Of a stretch of DNA of 64,000 nt, positions 24,432 through 35,765 are shown piece by piece; position 1 is the stretch's first letter, and each line of letters begins with the position of its first letter. Below the pieces are notes generated by a model. It was given only the letters and a program-made list of their open reading frames with translations. It ran no database searches and had not been told where the DNA came from. This stretch comes from Macrostomum lignano (lineage: Eukaryota): positions 186,001 to 250,000 of the forward strand of contig NIVC01001204.1 in the NCBI GenBank assembly GCA_002269645.1, written 5' to 3'. Made by a program: the position numbers and the translations under genes.

Positions 24432-25338
24432 GAGCATGACTCAATCATCTCCGTGTGGGGGTGATGGAGAGCAATGACACAATCATCCCAGTGTGGGGGT
24501 GATGGAGAGCAATGACTCAATCATCCCAGTGTGGGGGTAATGGAGAGCAATGACTCAATCATCCCGGTGTGGGGGTGATGGAGAGCAATGACTCAATCAT
24601 CTCAGTGTGGGGGTGATGGAGAGCAATGACTCAATCATCTCAGTGTGGGGGTGATGGAGAGCAATGACTCAATCATCTCAGTGTGGGGTGATGGAGAGCA
24701 ATGACTCAATCATCTCAGTGTGATCAGGTGATGGAGAGCAATGACTCAATCATCTCAGTGTGGGGGTGATGGAGAGCAATGACTCAATCATCTCAGTGTG
24801 GGGGTGATGGAGAGCAATGACTCAATCATCTCAGTGTGGGGGTGATGGAGAGCAATGACTCAATCATCTCAGTGTGGGGGTGATGGAGAGCAATGACTCA
24901 ATCATCTCAGTGTGGGGTGATGGAGAGCAATGACTCAATCATCCCGGTGTGGGGGTGATGGAGAGCAATGACTCAATCATCTCAGTGTGGGGGTGATGGA
25001 GAGCAATGACTCAATCATCTCAGTGTGGGGTGATGGAGAGCAATGACTCAATCATCCCGGTGTGGGGGTGATGGAGAGCAATGACTCAATCATCTCAGTG
25101 TGGGGGTGATGGAGAGCAATGACTCAATCATCTCAGTGTGATCAGGTGATGGAGAGCAATGACTCAATCATCTCAGTGTGGGAGTGATGGAGAGCAATGA
25201 CTCAATCATCTCAGTATGGGGTGATGGAGAGCAATGACTCAATCATCCCGGTGTGGGGGTGATGGAGAGCAATGACTCAATCATCTCAGTATGGGCGTAA
25301 TGGAGAGCAATGACTCAATCATCCCGGTGTGGGGTGAT
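24432..25338. repeat. 38-bp homogeneous tandem array
   Basis: Unit ATGGAGAGCAATGACTCAATCATCTCAGTGTGGGGGTG, about 24 copies. Confidence 0.95.
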
Positions 25339-25729
25339 GGCTCATGGAGACACACAGTTCTTTCGCGTTGATCTCAGTTTTGCGTTCAGCTGTTCCCTCT
25401 CACCCTCTCGGCGCATTTGAAGTCAAACTGTTTATACTGTAAAGCACAACGAATTATAAATTTTTCTCGTGTGAAACAATCGCACTTATCTGATTCCAAG
25501 TATGAAGATTGCAGGGTACGGCGCATTTTGCGTACAGTTTAGCAAAGACAACTAATTTATAAGCAGGTGCAGATGTACCTCAGAATTACTTGCAGTGCAA
25601 GGATACGCTTCAGTCTAACTGTTCACAGACCAAAATCTTAGGCCTGGATTGTCGCTTCTTAATAGCCGCATTCTGTTGCCACTTAGACAACTTAGATACT
25701 TAGTTGTGGAATCTAGTCCTGACAGAGAG

Positions 25730-26185
25730 ATGCTGGTGTGCTGGGTGGCTCTCTGCTGCCATTGAGCTCTGCTATCTCCAGCGAAGCCGCTGCCGCAAAC
25801 GAATACGCAGCGTGCACCGGAACGCTAGAAGCGGATCAGACCGCTCGGCGCTCACGATTCCGTCCGAAAGTTCAGGAACCTGCGCAGTCGACTGTCTGGC
25901 TGCCAGATTGTCGTCGGTGACATCCATTTGATGCTGATAGAACAGAAGCACTTTGAAGAACAAGGCGAAGTGCTGGACTTCAGCTTCCTGAGGACCATCA
26001 AGGAAGTCACAGGCTGCGTGAAGCTGATCGACTCGTGCTTCTCCTCCGCAAGAATTCGAAAGTCTGCAAGTGATCCGCGGTACCGGATGCGGCAACTCGA
26101 GCCTCGTGCTCGCCTTCCACCCGAACTGCGTCCTGCAGACGCCTTACACATCGCCTTTCCCCATCTTCGCTACATCGGTGGCGGA
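25730..26185 (+). pseudogene. EGFR/insulin-receptor-type signal peptide plus L-domain fragment with at least 4 frameshifts
   Basis: Stitched translation: MLVCWVAL/LLPLSSAISS..AACTGTLE/..FRNLRSRLSGCQIVVGDIHLMLIEQ..LDFSFLRTIKEVTGCVKLI/..FESLQVIRGTG..LVLAF/LHIAFPHLRYIGG. Frame switches near 25754, 25840, 26045 and 26141. Confidence 0.75.
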
Positions 26186-26335
26186 CAGGGGCATCGCCAA
26201 CGGGGAGGGACATGTCCCCCCAGTAAAAGATCTGGGGGGGGGGGACATGCCAGTGCTTTGTCCCCCCACCCCTGCACCTTGTGGCCCGTTGTGGAAATCA
26301 ATAATTTTGCTGCATGGCGACAAAAAATAGCGCCT
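26186..26335 (+). mobile_element. Probable hAT-type transposon end truncating the EGFR-like fragment
   Basis: Starts CAGGGGCATCGCCA..GGGACATGTCCCCCC with G-runs. The partner end was not found. Confidence 0.35.
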
Positions 26336-26965
26336 ATGGCGCTAAAATGAGTGCCTGCGGCGCTAAAATGAGTGCCTGCGGCGCTAAATGAGTGCCTGCG
26401 GCGCTAAAATGAGTGCCTGCGGCGCTAAAATGAGTGCCTGCGGCGCTAAAATGAGTGCCTATGGCGCTAAAATGAGTATCTGCGGCGCTAAAATGAGTGC
26501 CTGCGGCGCTAAGATGAGTGCCTGCGGCGCTAAAATAAGTGCCTGCGGCGCTAAGATGAGTGCCTGCGGCGCTAAGATGAGTGCCTGCGGCGCTAAAATG
26601 AGTGCCTGCGGCGCTAAAATGAGTGCCTATGGCGCTAAAATGAGTATCTGCGGCGCTAAAATGAGTGCCTGCGGCGCTAAGATGAGTGCCTGCGGCGCTA
26701 AAATAAGTGCCTGCGGCGCTAAGATGAGTGCCTGCGGCGCTAAGATGAGTGCCTGCGGCGCTAAGATGAGTGCCTGCGGCGCTAAGATGAGTGCCTGCGG
26801 CGCCAAAATGAGTGCCTGTGGCGCTAAAATGAGTGCCTGCGGCGCTAAAATGAGTGCCTATGGCGCTAAAATGAGTATCTGCGGCGCTAAGATGAGTGCC
26901 TGCGGCGCTAAGATGAGTGCCTGCGGCGCTAATATGAGTGCCTGCGGCGCTAAGATGAGTGCCTA
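26334..26965. repeat. 21-bp minisatellite
   Basis: Unit AAAATGAGTGCCTGCGGCGCT. Confidence 0.95.
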
Positions 26966-26969
26966 CATG

Positions 26970-28031
26970 TAACACATGTAAACTATATGGCGCCAAACCG
27001 GATGCTACATGTAAACTATGGCGCCAAACCGGATGCTTCATGTAAACTATGGCGCCAAACCGGATGCGACAGGTAAACTATGGCGCCAAACCGGATGCTA
27101 CATGTAAACTATGGCGCCAAACCGGATGCGACAGGTAAACTATGGCGCCAAACCGGATGCGACAGGTAAACTATGGCGCCAAACCGGATGCGACAGGTAA
27201 ACTATGGCGCCAAACCGGATGCTACATGTAAACTATGGCGCCAAACCGGATGCTACATGTAAACTATGGCGCCAAACCGGATGCTACATGTAAACTATGG
27301 CGCCAAACCGGAAGCTATGTAAACTATGGCGCCAAAATGGATTCGACATGTAAAAGATGGCGCCAAACCGGATGCTACATGTAAACTATGGCGCCAAACC
27401 GGATGCTACATGTAAACTATGGCGCCAAACCGGATGCGACAGGTAATAAACTATGGCGCCAAACCGGATGCTACATGTAAACTATGGCGCCAAACCGGAA
27501 GCAATGTAAACTATGGCGCCAAAATGGATTCGACATGTAAAAGGTGGCGCCAGACCGGATGCTACATGTAAGCTATGGCGCCAAACCGGATGCTTCATGT
27601 AAACTATGGCGCCAAACCGGATGCTACATGTAAACTATGGCGCCAAACCGGATGCTACATGTAAACTATGGCGCCAAACCGGATGCTACATGTAAACTAT
27701 GGCGCCAAACCGGAAGCAATGTAAACTATGGCGCCAAAATGGATTCGACATGTAAAAGATGGCGCCAGACCGGATGCTACATGTAAACTTGTTTGGCGCC
27801 AAACCGGATGCTTCATGTAAAAGATGGCGCCAAACCGGATGCTACATGTAAACTATGGCGCCAAACCGGATGCGACAGGTAAACTATGGCGCCAAACCGG
27901 ATGCTTCATGTAAACTATGGCGCCAAACCGGATGCGACAGGTAAACTATGGCGCCAAACCGGATGCTACATGTAAACTATGGCGCCAAACCGGATGCTTC
28001 ATGTAAACTATGGCGCCAAACCGGATGCGAC
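26970..28031. repeat. 31-bp minisatellite
   Basis: Unit TAAACTATGGCGCCAAACCGGATGCTACATG. Confidence 0.95.
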
Positions 28032-28326
28032 GAGAATGCTTTCAGTTCCGGTATGCGCATGTGTCAAGAAAAATAAGACTTTTACGCCATATTTGTTTTA
28101 ATTGAAGAACAGAGATTGCACCCATTTATTTATTAAAACAATTGTTTTAAATCAGTTTAGTCTTTGCAGAGAAAATGCAACTTCAACGAGACAACAGAAA
28201 ATAAAACGCGGCGAAAATAGAGGGGAAATAAACCAACACACGCAGAAAAGCTACTGCAAGTAGGCGAGAAGAAAATAGCACGCAAATTCGAGTTTTGAAA
28301 AGAAAAAATGCAGATTTTTTTTCGTA

Positions 28327-29594
28327 TTAGATTAACAGAATTTTGTCATCAATGAGAAGCTGCTCAACCGGAGCGAACTGCATCAGGTGCTGCTCACCCG
28401 GCCGGAGCTCCACTTCGGCGGCTTCGGCTGCGGGTTTCACCGAAGCCACCGCAGTCGTGGCTGACGCCGACCCATCCGCGCCGTTGTCGTCCTGCGACGT
28501 CGTCGCCGCGGTCGTCGTCGGTCGGCGCACCCGGAAAAACACGAAAGCGTCCAGGTTTGGCCGCGGCGCCTCCAGCTCTGTTGGCCGATGGCGCAGGAAT
28601 TGCGGCACCTTGTTCAGCACCAGACTGTCGAAGTGCCGGTGCATTGAGGTCACGTAAGTCTTGGCAAAGTCCGCCTCCGGCTTGCTGAGTCGGCCGGCCC
28701 AGCGGCCGCCGTTTGGGCCGACCGTCATGGACTCCGCGTAGGACTGGATCTTGGCCAGCCGCGTGCGCAGCAGGTCGGTGGTCACGTACCTGGGGAAATG
28801 GGGATAGGACAAGGACTACTAAAGTAGATGGACTGGAAACTACGTTAATTACCAAATTAAATAAATACACTCAAGAATGATAAAGATGAGCATAGGGCCT
28901 GCTTCCTATTCTTGCAAGAGCAAGAAAACCCCATAAAACCCGCCCATTTTAAACTTTCTAAGAAACGTATTTTCTTGTCCTTCTACTTGAGCAGTTCTTG
29001 AGTCAGGCATATGCTCAGCAACACTGAAAAGTCGCCACTCTATTGCGCCAGTGAGCAATTTCTTTTGGGCTATTCTGAAATAAAAGATACAAAAAAACTA
29101 ATCGGTTGACAGACTTTACCTGCACTCTCTAAAGTGGCGACCACAGACGGAATCTTCTGTGATGGCGAATTTTCGATTTTGCTGAGTACATGTTACTCGA
29201 GAGCTGGAGAGACAATGCTTAAACAGGAGAATTTCACTCACCTGATCCTGCTCAACTCCAGCCTGTGCAGGTAGCCAGCCAGATCCTTAGTGGGCCGGCC
29301 GCCTGGCAACCGAACCTGCCGGTCCATGCCCTCAAGCTGATCCCGCACGCAGTCGACCAGATCGTCGCGCTGCGGCAGCAGGTCTGGGCAGAGTTTCTCA
29401 TTGCACCAGGCAGTCAGCAGTTCATCGATGAGCTCGGCAGGTGTCACAGTCAGATCGTTGGCGCCGCCGGGATCGTCCGAGGCCAGAGAGTCGACATCGT
29501 CTGTGCTGGCAGAAATTTCGTCTGGCCAGTCGTCCACTGCTGCCGTTGCCGCAGTTGGTGGCGCTGGCGGCGGCTCAGAATCTTCTGCCGACAT
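28327..29594 (-). CDS. GINS4: GINS complex subunit 4 (SLD5), 2 coding exons
   Basis: Exons 29594-29242 and 28789-28327 (phase 2). TPAELIDELLTAWCNEKLCPDLL, HRLELSRIR|YVTTDLLRTRLAKIQ, PNLDAFVFFRV, GEQHLMQF. Confidence 0.93.
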
Positions 29595-29635
29595 ATCGGT
29601 CTGGGTTACCTGCAGGCTGCTGCGGGAATTGAAGG

Positions 29636-31160
29636 ATCAATAGTCCTTAACTGAAGAGGAACCTGAAGGATTAACAGTCCTTAACTGAAGAGCAACCTGA
29701 AGGATTAACAGTCCTTAACTGAAGAGGAACCTGAAGGATTAACAGTCCTTAACTGAAGAGCAACCTGAAGGATTAACAGTCCTTAACTGAAGAGCAACCT
29801 GAAGGATTAACAGTCCTTAACTGAAGAGCAAACTAAAGGATTAACACTCCTTACTGAAGAGGAACCTGAAGGATTACTGAAGAGGAACCTGAAGGATTAA
29901 TGAAGAGGAACCTGAAGGATTACTGAAGAGGAACCTGTGGGATCAACAACAGTCTCTACTGAAGAGGAACCTGAAGGATTAACAGTCCTTAACTGAAGAG
30001 AAACCTGAAGGATTAACAGTCCTTAACTGAAGAGGAACCTGAAGGATTAACAGTCCTTAACTGAAGAGGAACCTGAAGGATTAACAATCCTTAACTGAAG
30101 AGCAACCTGAAGGATTAACAGTCCTTAACTGAAGAGCAACCTGAAGGATTAACAGTCCTTAACTGAAGAGCAACCTGAAGGATTAACACTCCTTAACTGA
30201 AGAGCAACCTGAAGGATTAACACTCCTTACTGAAGAGGAACCTGAAGGATTACTGAAGAGGAACCTGAAGGATTAATGAAGAGGAACCTGAAGGATTACT
30301 GAAGAGGAACCTGTGGGATCAAAAACAGTCTCTACTGAAGAGGAACCTGAAGGATTAACAGTCCTTACTGAAGAGGAACCTGAAGGATCAACAGTCCCTG
30401 CTGAAGAGGAACCTGAAGGATTACTGAAGGGGAACCTGAAGGATTACTGAAGAGGAACCTGAAGGATTACTGAAGAGGAACCTGAGGGATCAACAGCAGT
30501 CCCTACTGAAGAGGAACCTGAGGGATCAACCAGTCCCTACTGAAGAGGAACCTGAAGGATTAACAGTCCTTAACTGAAGAGGAACCTGAAGGATTAACAA
30601 TCCTTAACTGAAGAGCAACCTGAAGGATTAACAGTCCTTAACTGAAGAGCAACCTGAAGGATTAACAGTCCTTAACTGAAGAGCAACCTGAAGGATTAAC
30701 ACTCCTTAACTGAAGAGCAACCTGAAGGATTAACACTCCTTACTGAAGAGGAACCTGAAGGATTACTGAAGAGGAACCTGAAGGATTAATGAAGAGGAAC
30801 CTGAAGGATTACTGAAGAGGAACCTGTGGGATCAAAAACAGTCTCTACTGAAGAGGAACCTGAAGGATTAACAGTCCTTACTGAAGAGGAACCTGAAGGA
30901 TCAACAGTCCCTGCTGAAGAGGAACCTGAAGGATTACTGAAGGGGAACCTGAAGGATTACTGAAGAGGAACCTGAAGGATTACTGAAGAGGAACCTGAGG
31001 GATCAACAGCAGTCCCTACTGAAGAGGAACCTGAGGGATCAACCAGTCCCTACTGAAGAGGAACCTGAAGGATTAACAGTCCCTACTGAAGAGGAACCTG
31101 AGGGATCAACAGTCCCTACTGAAGAGGAACCTGAGGGATTAACAAATCCAACAGTCCCAG
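29636..31160. repeat. 34/23-bp minisatellite with 513-bp higher-order duplication
   Basis: Unit ACTGAAGAGGAACCTGAAGGATTAACAGTCCTTA. Rare variants TTAACAATCC (30081, 30594) and GATCAAAAAC (about 30317, 30830) are 513 bp apart. Confidence 0.9.
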
Positions 31161-31804
31161 GTATTCTAGGACAGCCAGTGCTTTAACTCTGAAGTAAATA
31201 CGACAGCCAAGCGTTTAATATGATATAGAGGCAAAAAGTTACTGACCTTATATTTGCAACTCTACAATATAAGGATGCACTTTAAAAAGAACAGATGCTG
31301 AGCCAGCCAACTCTGGTGAGTCACAGGGGACAACAAGAGAACAGGGCGGTTCTGTGTGACAAAAGCATGCCACTAATGACAAGATGGCGCCAAAAATGAC
31401 TGCAATAGCGACAGACTGAAAATTAATTTTATTTAATTATTTCATATTTGCACCTTTTACCTTGAAACTAATATTGAATATAAAGTATTGCAAGATTATT
31501 TACATAATACAAGCCCTGGTCAGTTATGGAATACAGAAGTTATTATTTATGTAATATTCTATGGACAATTATAAAGCATAATATTTAATAACGAATACTT
31601 ATTTATTATATTATAGAAATGTTACTTTTATGACAAAATAATAACACAAAGTTAGACGCTGAACAAAAAACAGTGAATTTATTGTTGTCATTTGAAAAAA
31701 ACGAACTTTCTAAGAATCTGACATCTGGGAAATAAAATTTGAATCATTCATCAATGGCAAAGTTTAGCGCGTAATTTGAAAACTGGCATTGATCTTCTTA
31801 ATTA

Positions 31805-32050
31805 GAAAATGGCACCTTCTAGATTTAGAAAATGGCATCTTCTATAATTAGAGAATGGCATCTTCCAGATTTAGAGAATGGCACCTTTCAGATTTAGAGA
31901 ATGGCACCTTTCAGATTTAGAGAATGGCACCTTTCAGATTTAGAGAATGGCACCTTCTACATTAGAAAATGGCACCTTCTAGAAGATTTAGAAAATGGCA
32001 ACTTCTAGATTCAGAATTCTGAAAATGGCATCTTCTAGATTAGAAGATGG
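31805..32050. repeat. 23-bp repeat in the LRRC58 3' region
   Basis: TTAGAGAATGGCACCTTTCAGAT units. Confidence 0.85.
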
Positions 32051-32177
32051 AATTCTATAGAGAATTAGAAAATCGCCACCCAGTAAGTTAAATGACAAAC
32101 TGAACTTCAATATTAAATCGAAACAGACCCCCCCTGTCAATCGGTCTCCGACAGACTCAAAAAAGACCATATCGAGT

Positions 32178-34104
32178 TCAACCAAGCAGCACCCGCCGAA
32201 CCCGAGCCACGTCATCTCCAGACGCCTCCTCGCTAGCCGAATCGTCGCTGGAGTTGCTGGCGGAGCTGCCGCTGCTGCTGAAGTGACAGTCTGGCGAGCA
32301 GATGAACCGCAGAAACGGCACCCGATATTTGCCGCAGAAATCAACAAATCGAACGGTCTCAACGCAGCTGGAGAAGTACACGCCTTTGCAGTTCGGGTTC
32401 AGGCACTCCCTGGCGCTGTCCAGGTAATCGCAGAGGTTGCCGGGCAGGCATCTGCGGCAGTAGTGCAGCTGGGCGGACCGGACACAGCGGCCGGACAGCT
32501 CGGACAGGCTGGGCACCGACCAGTTTGAGCCGAACTCTCTGGCAAATTTGGTTACTAAGGGATTGTTGCGCAGAGACAGGGTGCTCAGACGGGGCAGGCT
32601 GACAATCTCGTGCGGCAGTGCGGTGAGTCGGTTGCAGTGCAAGGAGAGCGACTCCAGGGCTGACAGCTGGCCGAGGGAGGGCGGCAGCTGGCACAGCTGG
32701 TTGTCGCACAGGGCCAGGCAGGTGAGGCGAGCGAGCTGGCCCAGCTCCTGCGGAGATTGGGGTTGAGCACAGGATGAGCTTGCGTGGGTGGCTTCAGCTG
32801 AGAAGCTGGCCCAGCAACTGAGGATCTGGGAGGCTGGTGGCCCAGCAACTGAGGATCTGGGAGGCTGGTGGCCCAGCAACTGAGGATCTGGGAGGCTGGT
32901 GGCCCAGCAACTGAGGATCTGGGAGGCTGGTGGCCCAGCAACTGAGGATCTGGGAGGCTGGCCCAGCAACTGAGGATCTGGGAGGCTGGCCCAGCAACTG
33001 AGGATCTGGAAGGCTGGCCCAGCAACTGAGAATCTGGGAGGCCGGATGGCCCAGCAACTGAGGATCTGGGAGGCTGGCCCAGCAACTGAGGATTTGGGAG
33101 GCTGTGGCCCAGCAACTTAGTATCTGGGAGGCTGGCCCAGCAACTGAGAATCTGGGAGGCTGGCCCAACAACTGAGGATCTGGGAGGCTGGCCCAGCAAC
33201 TGAGGATTTGGGAGGCTGGTGGCCCAGCAACTGAGGATTTGGGAGGCTGGCCCAACAACTGAGGATCTGGGAGGCTGGCCCAGCAACTGAGGATTTGGGA
33301 GGCTGGTGGCCCAGCAACTGAGGATTTGGGAGGCTGGCAGAACAACTGAGGATTTGGGAGGCTGGATGGCCCAGCAACTGAGGATCTGTAACAGGTCACT
33401 GGATCATATACCAGTAGTGATATTTTAAGCACAGTTTAAGTAAGGCTTTAAGGAACGGTATAAATCATTGAATTAGAAGTTGCAGTCCTGCTAAAGTCAC
33501 ACAAGGGGTTGAGTGGAGGCAAGTGGCAGACACAGGTGCAAAGTACAAAGTTGCCAAGTTATAGGTTAATTCTGGCTATGGTGTCAATTATTGCACATGT
33601 CTACAGCAGTGGACAAACAAAGCTAAGGCAATTTACCTGCGGCACACATTTCAGTTGATTTCCACCCAGATACAGGTAAGTTAGGCTGCCAGCCAGCTTG
33701 ACAATGTGCTGCGGGATATAGCACAGCCGGTTGGCTCCCAACGACAGCATTTGCAGAGCCGGCAGCGAGCTGATCTGCTGCGGCAGGCTCTTTAACGAAT
33801 TGCCATTCAAATTGAGCTCTCGCAGTTCAATCAGGTGGCTAAACTCGCTAGGCAAATCGCTAATTAGATTGTTCTTAGCAACTAGAACTCGAAGGTTAAC
33901 GCAACGACAAATACTAGCTGGCAGTTCCGAGAGCCGATTGTGGCTCAGCTCAAGGGTGGTGAGAGCAGTGGCTCTGCCAAGCCAAGATGGACAGCTCAGC
34001 AGTCGGTTATGATCGGCTAGCAGCACCCCGATGTCTTCGGGCTGGGTCACCTCCTCTGGCAGCTCGTCAAGATTCCTGTAGCTCCAGTTCACCTCCCGAG
34101 ACAT
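32178..34104 (-). CDS. LRRC58: Leucine-rich repeat protein 58, 2 exons
   Basis: Exons 34104-33637 and 32747-32178 (phase 0). LRRs followed by CLNPNCKGVYFSSCV..RFVDFCGKYRVPFLRFICSPDC..RVLLG. Confidence 0.92.
32795..33390. repeat. 28/31-bp intronic minisatellite (LRRC58)
   Basis: Unit GGCCCAGCAACTGAGGATCTGGGAGGCT(GGT). Confidence 0.9.
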
Positions 34105-34769
34105 GGTGACGCTTTGAACAGCCGTCTTTCGTTAACCTGACTCTGCCTCACTCTCTCCCTGCCTCTGTTTTCAATTAGTAAAGCAAGTGGCTCATGAATT
34201 TCGTTTCGAACAATTTCTGTTATAGCGAGTGAAGTTTTGAAGACACGAGGTCTACGCGTGACCGTTAAGTCAAGAACCAATTGGAATAAGTTGATATGAA
34301 ATATTCTCTTTCCTGGAGAGCACAGGTTTTCTGTCCGCTTCTAAAAATAGATTTTTGGGCCAAAACGCTAAGCAAACGTTTGCTTTCGTCTACTTCGGGA
34401 GCCACTTCTCTTTCTCTCTCTCTCCCGTTATCTATACTAGTCTGGAAACCCTAGAGACTCGCTAGAGTTCAATTCTGACCACACAGGCAAGCACACCCCC
34501 CGCCCCGCCCTCCTCTAGCAGCACGCGCAGCAAGCGTGAGAGGGCGAACCCTACCCTGGATATTAAGATTAATTACTTCATTCCTTAGTAAGATACAGCA
34601 AGTAAGCAAAAATTGTTATAATAATGTTTTAAAGATTTTACTGACGAAAAAGAGTTTTATTGGCAATGGACTTATTTCATAGATAATAAGCAATGGTATG
34701 ATATTTTAAGAAAAGCAATCTTAAAAAGCAATTTTTAAACTAAACTTTGATTTAAAGTTCAATTGGCCA

Positions 34770-35765
34770 ACCAAGAGACATGGTGCCGAACAAGATACAG
34801 GGGCGACCAGCAAATAAAAGGGGCGCCCGGTGAAGAGACAGGGGCATCTAACCAAGAGACAGGGGCATCTAACCAAGAGACAGGGGCGCCTAACCAAGAG
34901 ACAGGGGCATCTAACCAAGAAACAGGGGCATCTAACCAAGAGACAGGGGCATCTAACCAAGAGACAGGGGCGCCTAACCAAGAGACAGGGGCATCTAACC
35001 AAGAGACAGGGGCGCCTAACCAAGAGACAGGGGCATCTAACCAAGAGACAGGGGCGCCTAGCCGCCTAACCAAGAGACAGGGGCATCTAACCAAGAGACA
35101 GGGGCGCCTAACCAAGAGACAGGGGTGCCAACCAAGAGACAGGGGCGCCTAACCAAGAGACAGGGGCATCTAACCAAGAGACAGGGGCGCCTAACCAAGA
35201 GACAGGGGTGCCAACCAAGAGACAGGCATCTAACCAAGAGACAGGGGCATCTAACCAAGAGACAGGGGCGCCTAACCAAGAGACAGGGGCATTTAACCAA
35301 GAAACAGGGGCATCTAACCAAGAGACAGGGGCATCTAACCAAGAAACAGGGGCATCTAACCAAGAAACAGGGGCATCTAACCAAGAAACAGGGGTTCCAA
35401 CCAAAAGACAGACATCTAACTAAGAGACAGGGGCATCTAACCAAGAGACAGGGGCATCTAACCAAGAGACATGGGCATCTAACCAAGAGACAGGGGCATC
35501 TAACCAAGAGACATGGGCATCTAACCAAGAGACATGGGCATCTAACCAAGAGACATGGGCATGGGCATCTAACCAAGAGACATGGGCATCTAACCAAGAG
35601 ACATGGGCATGGGCATCTAACCAAGAGACATGGGCATCTAACCATCTAACCAAGAGACATGGGCATCTAACCAAGAGACATGGGCATCTAACAAAGAGAC
35701 ATGGGCATCTAACAAAGAGACAGGGGCGCCTAACCAAGAGACAGGGGTAGCTAACCAAGAGACCA
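34770..35765. repeat. 21-bp minisatellite
   Basis: Unit AACCAAGAGACAGGGGCATCT. Confidence 0.95.
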
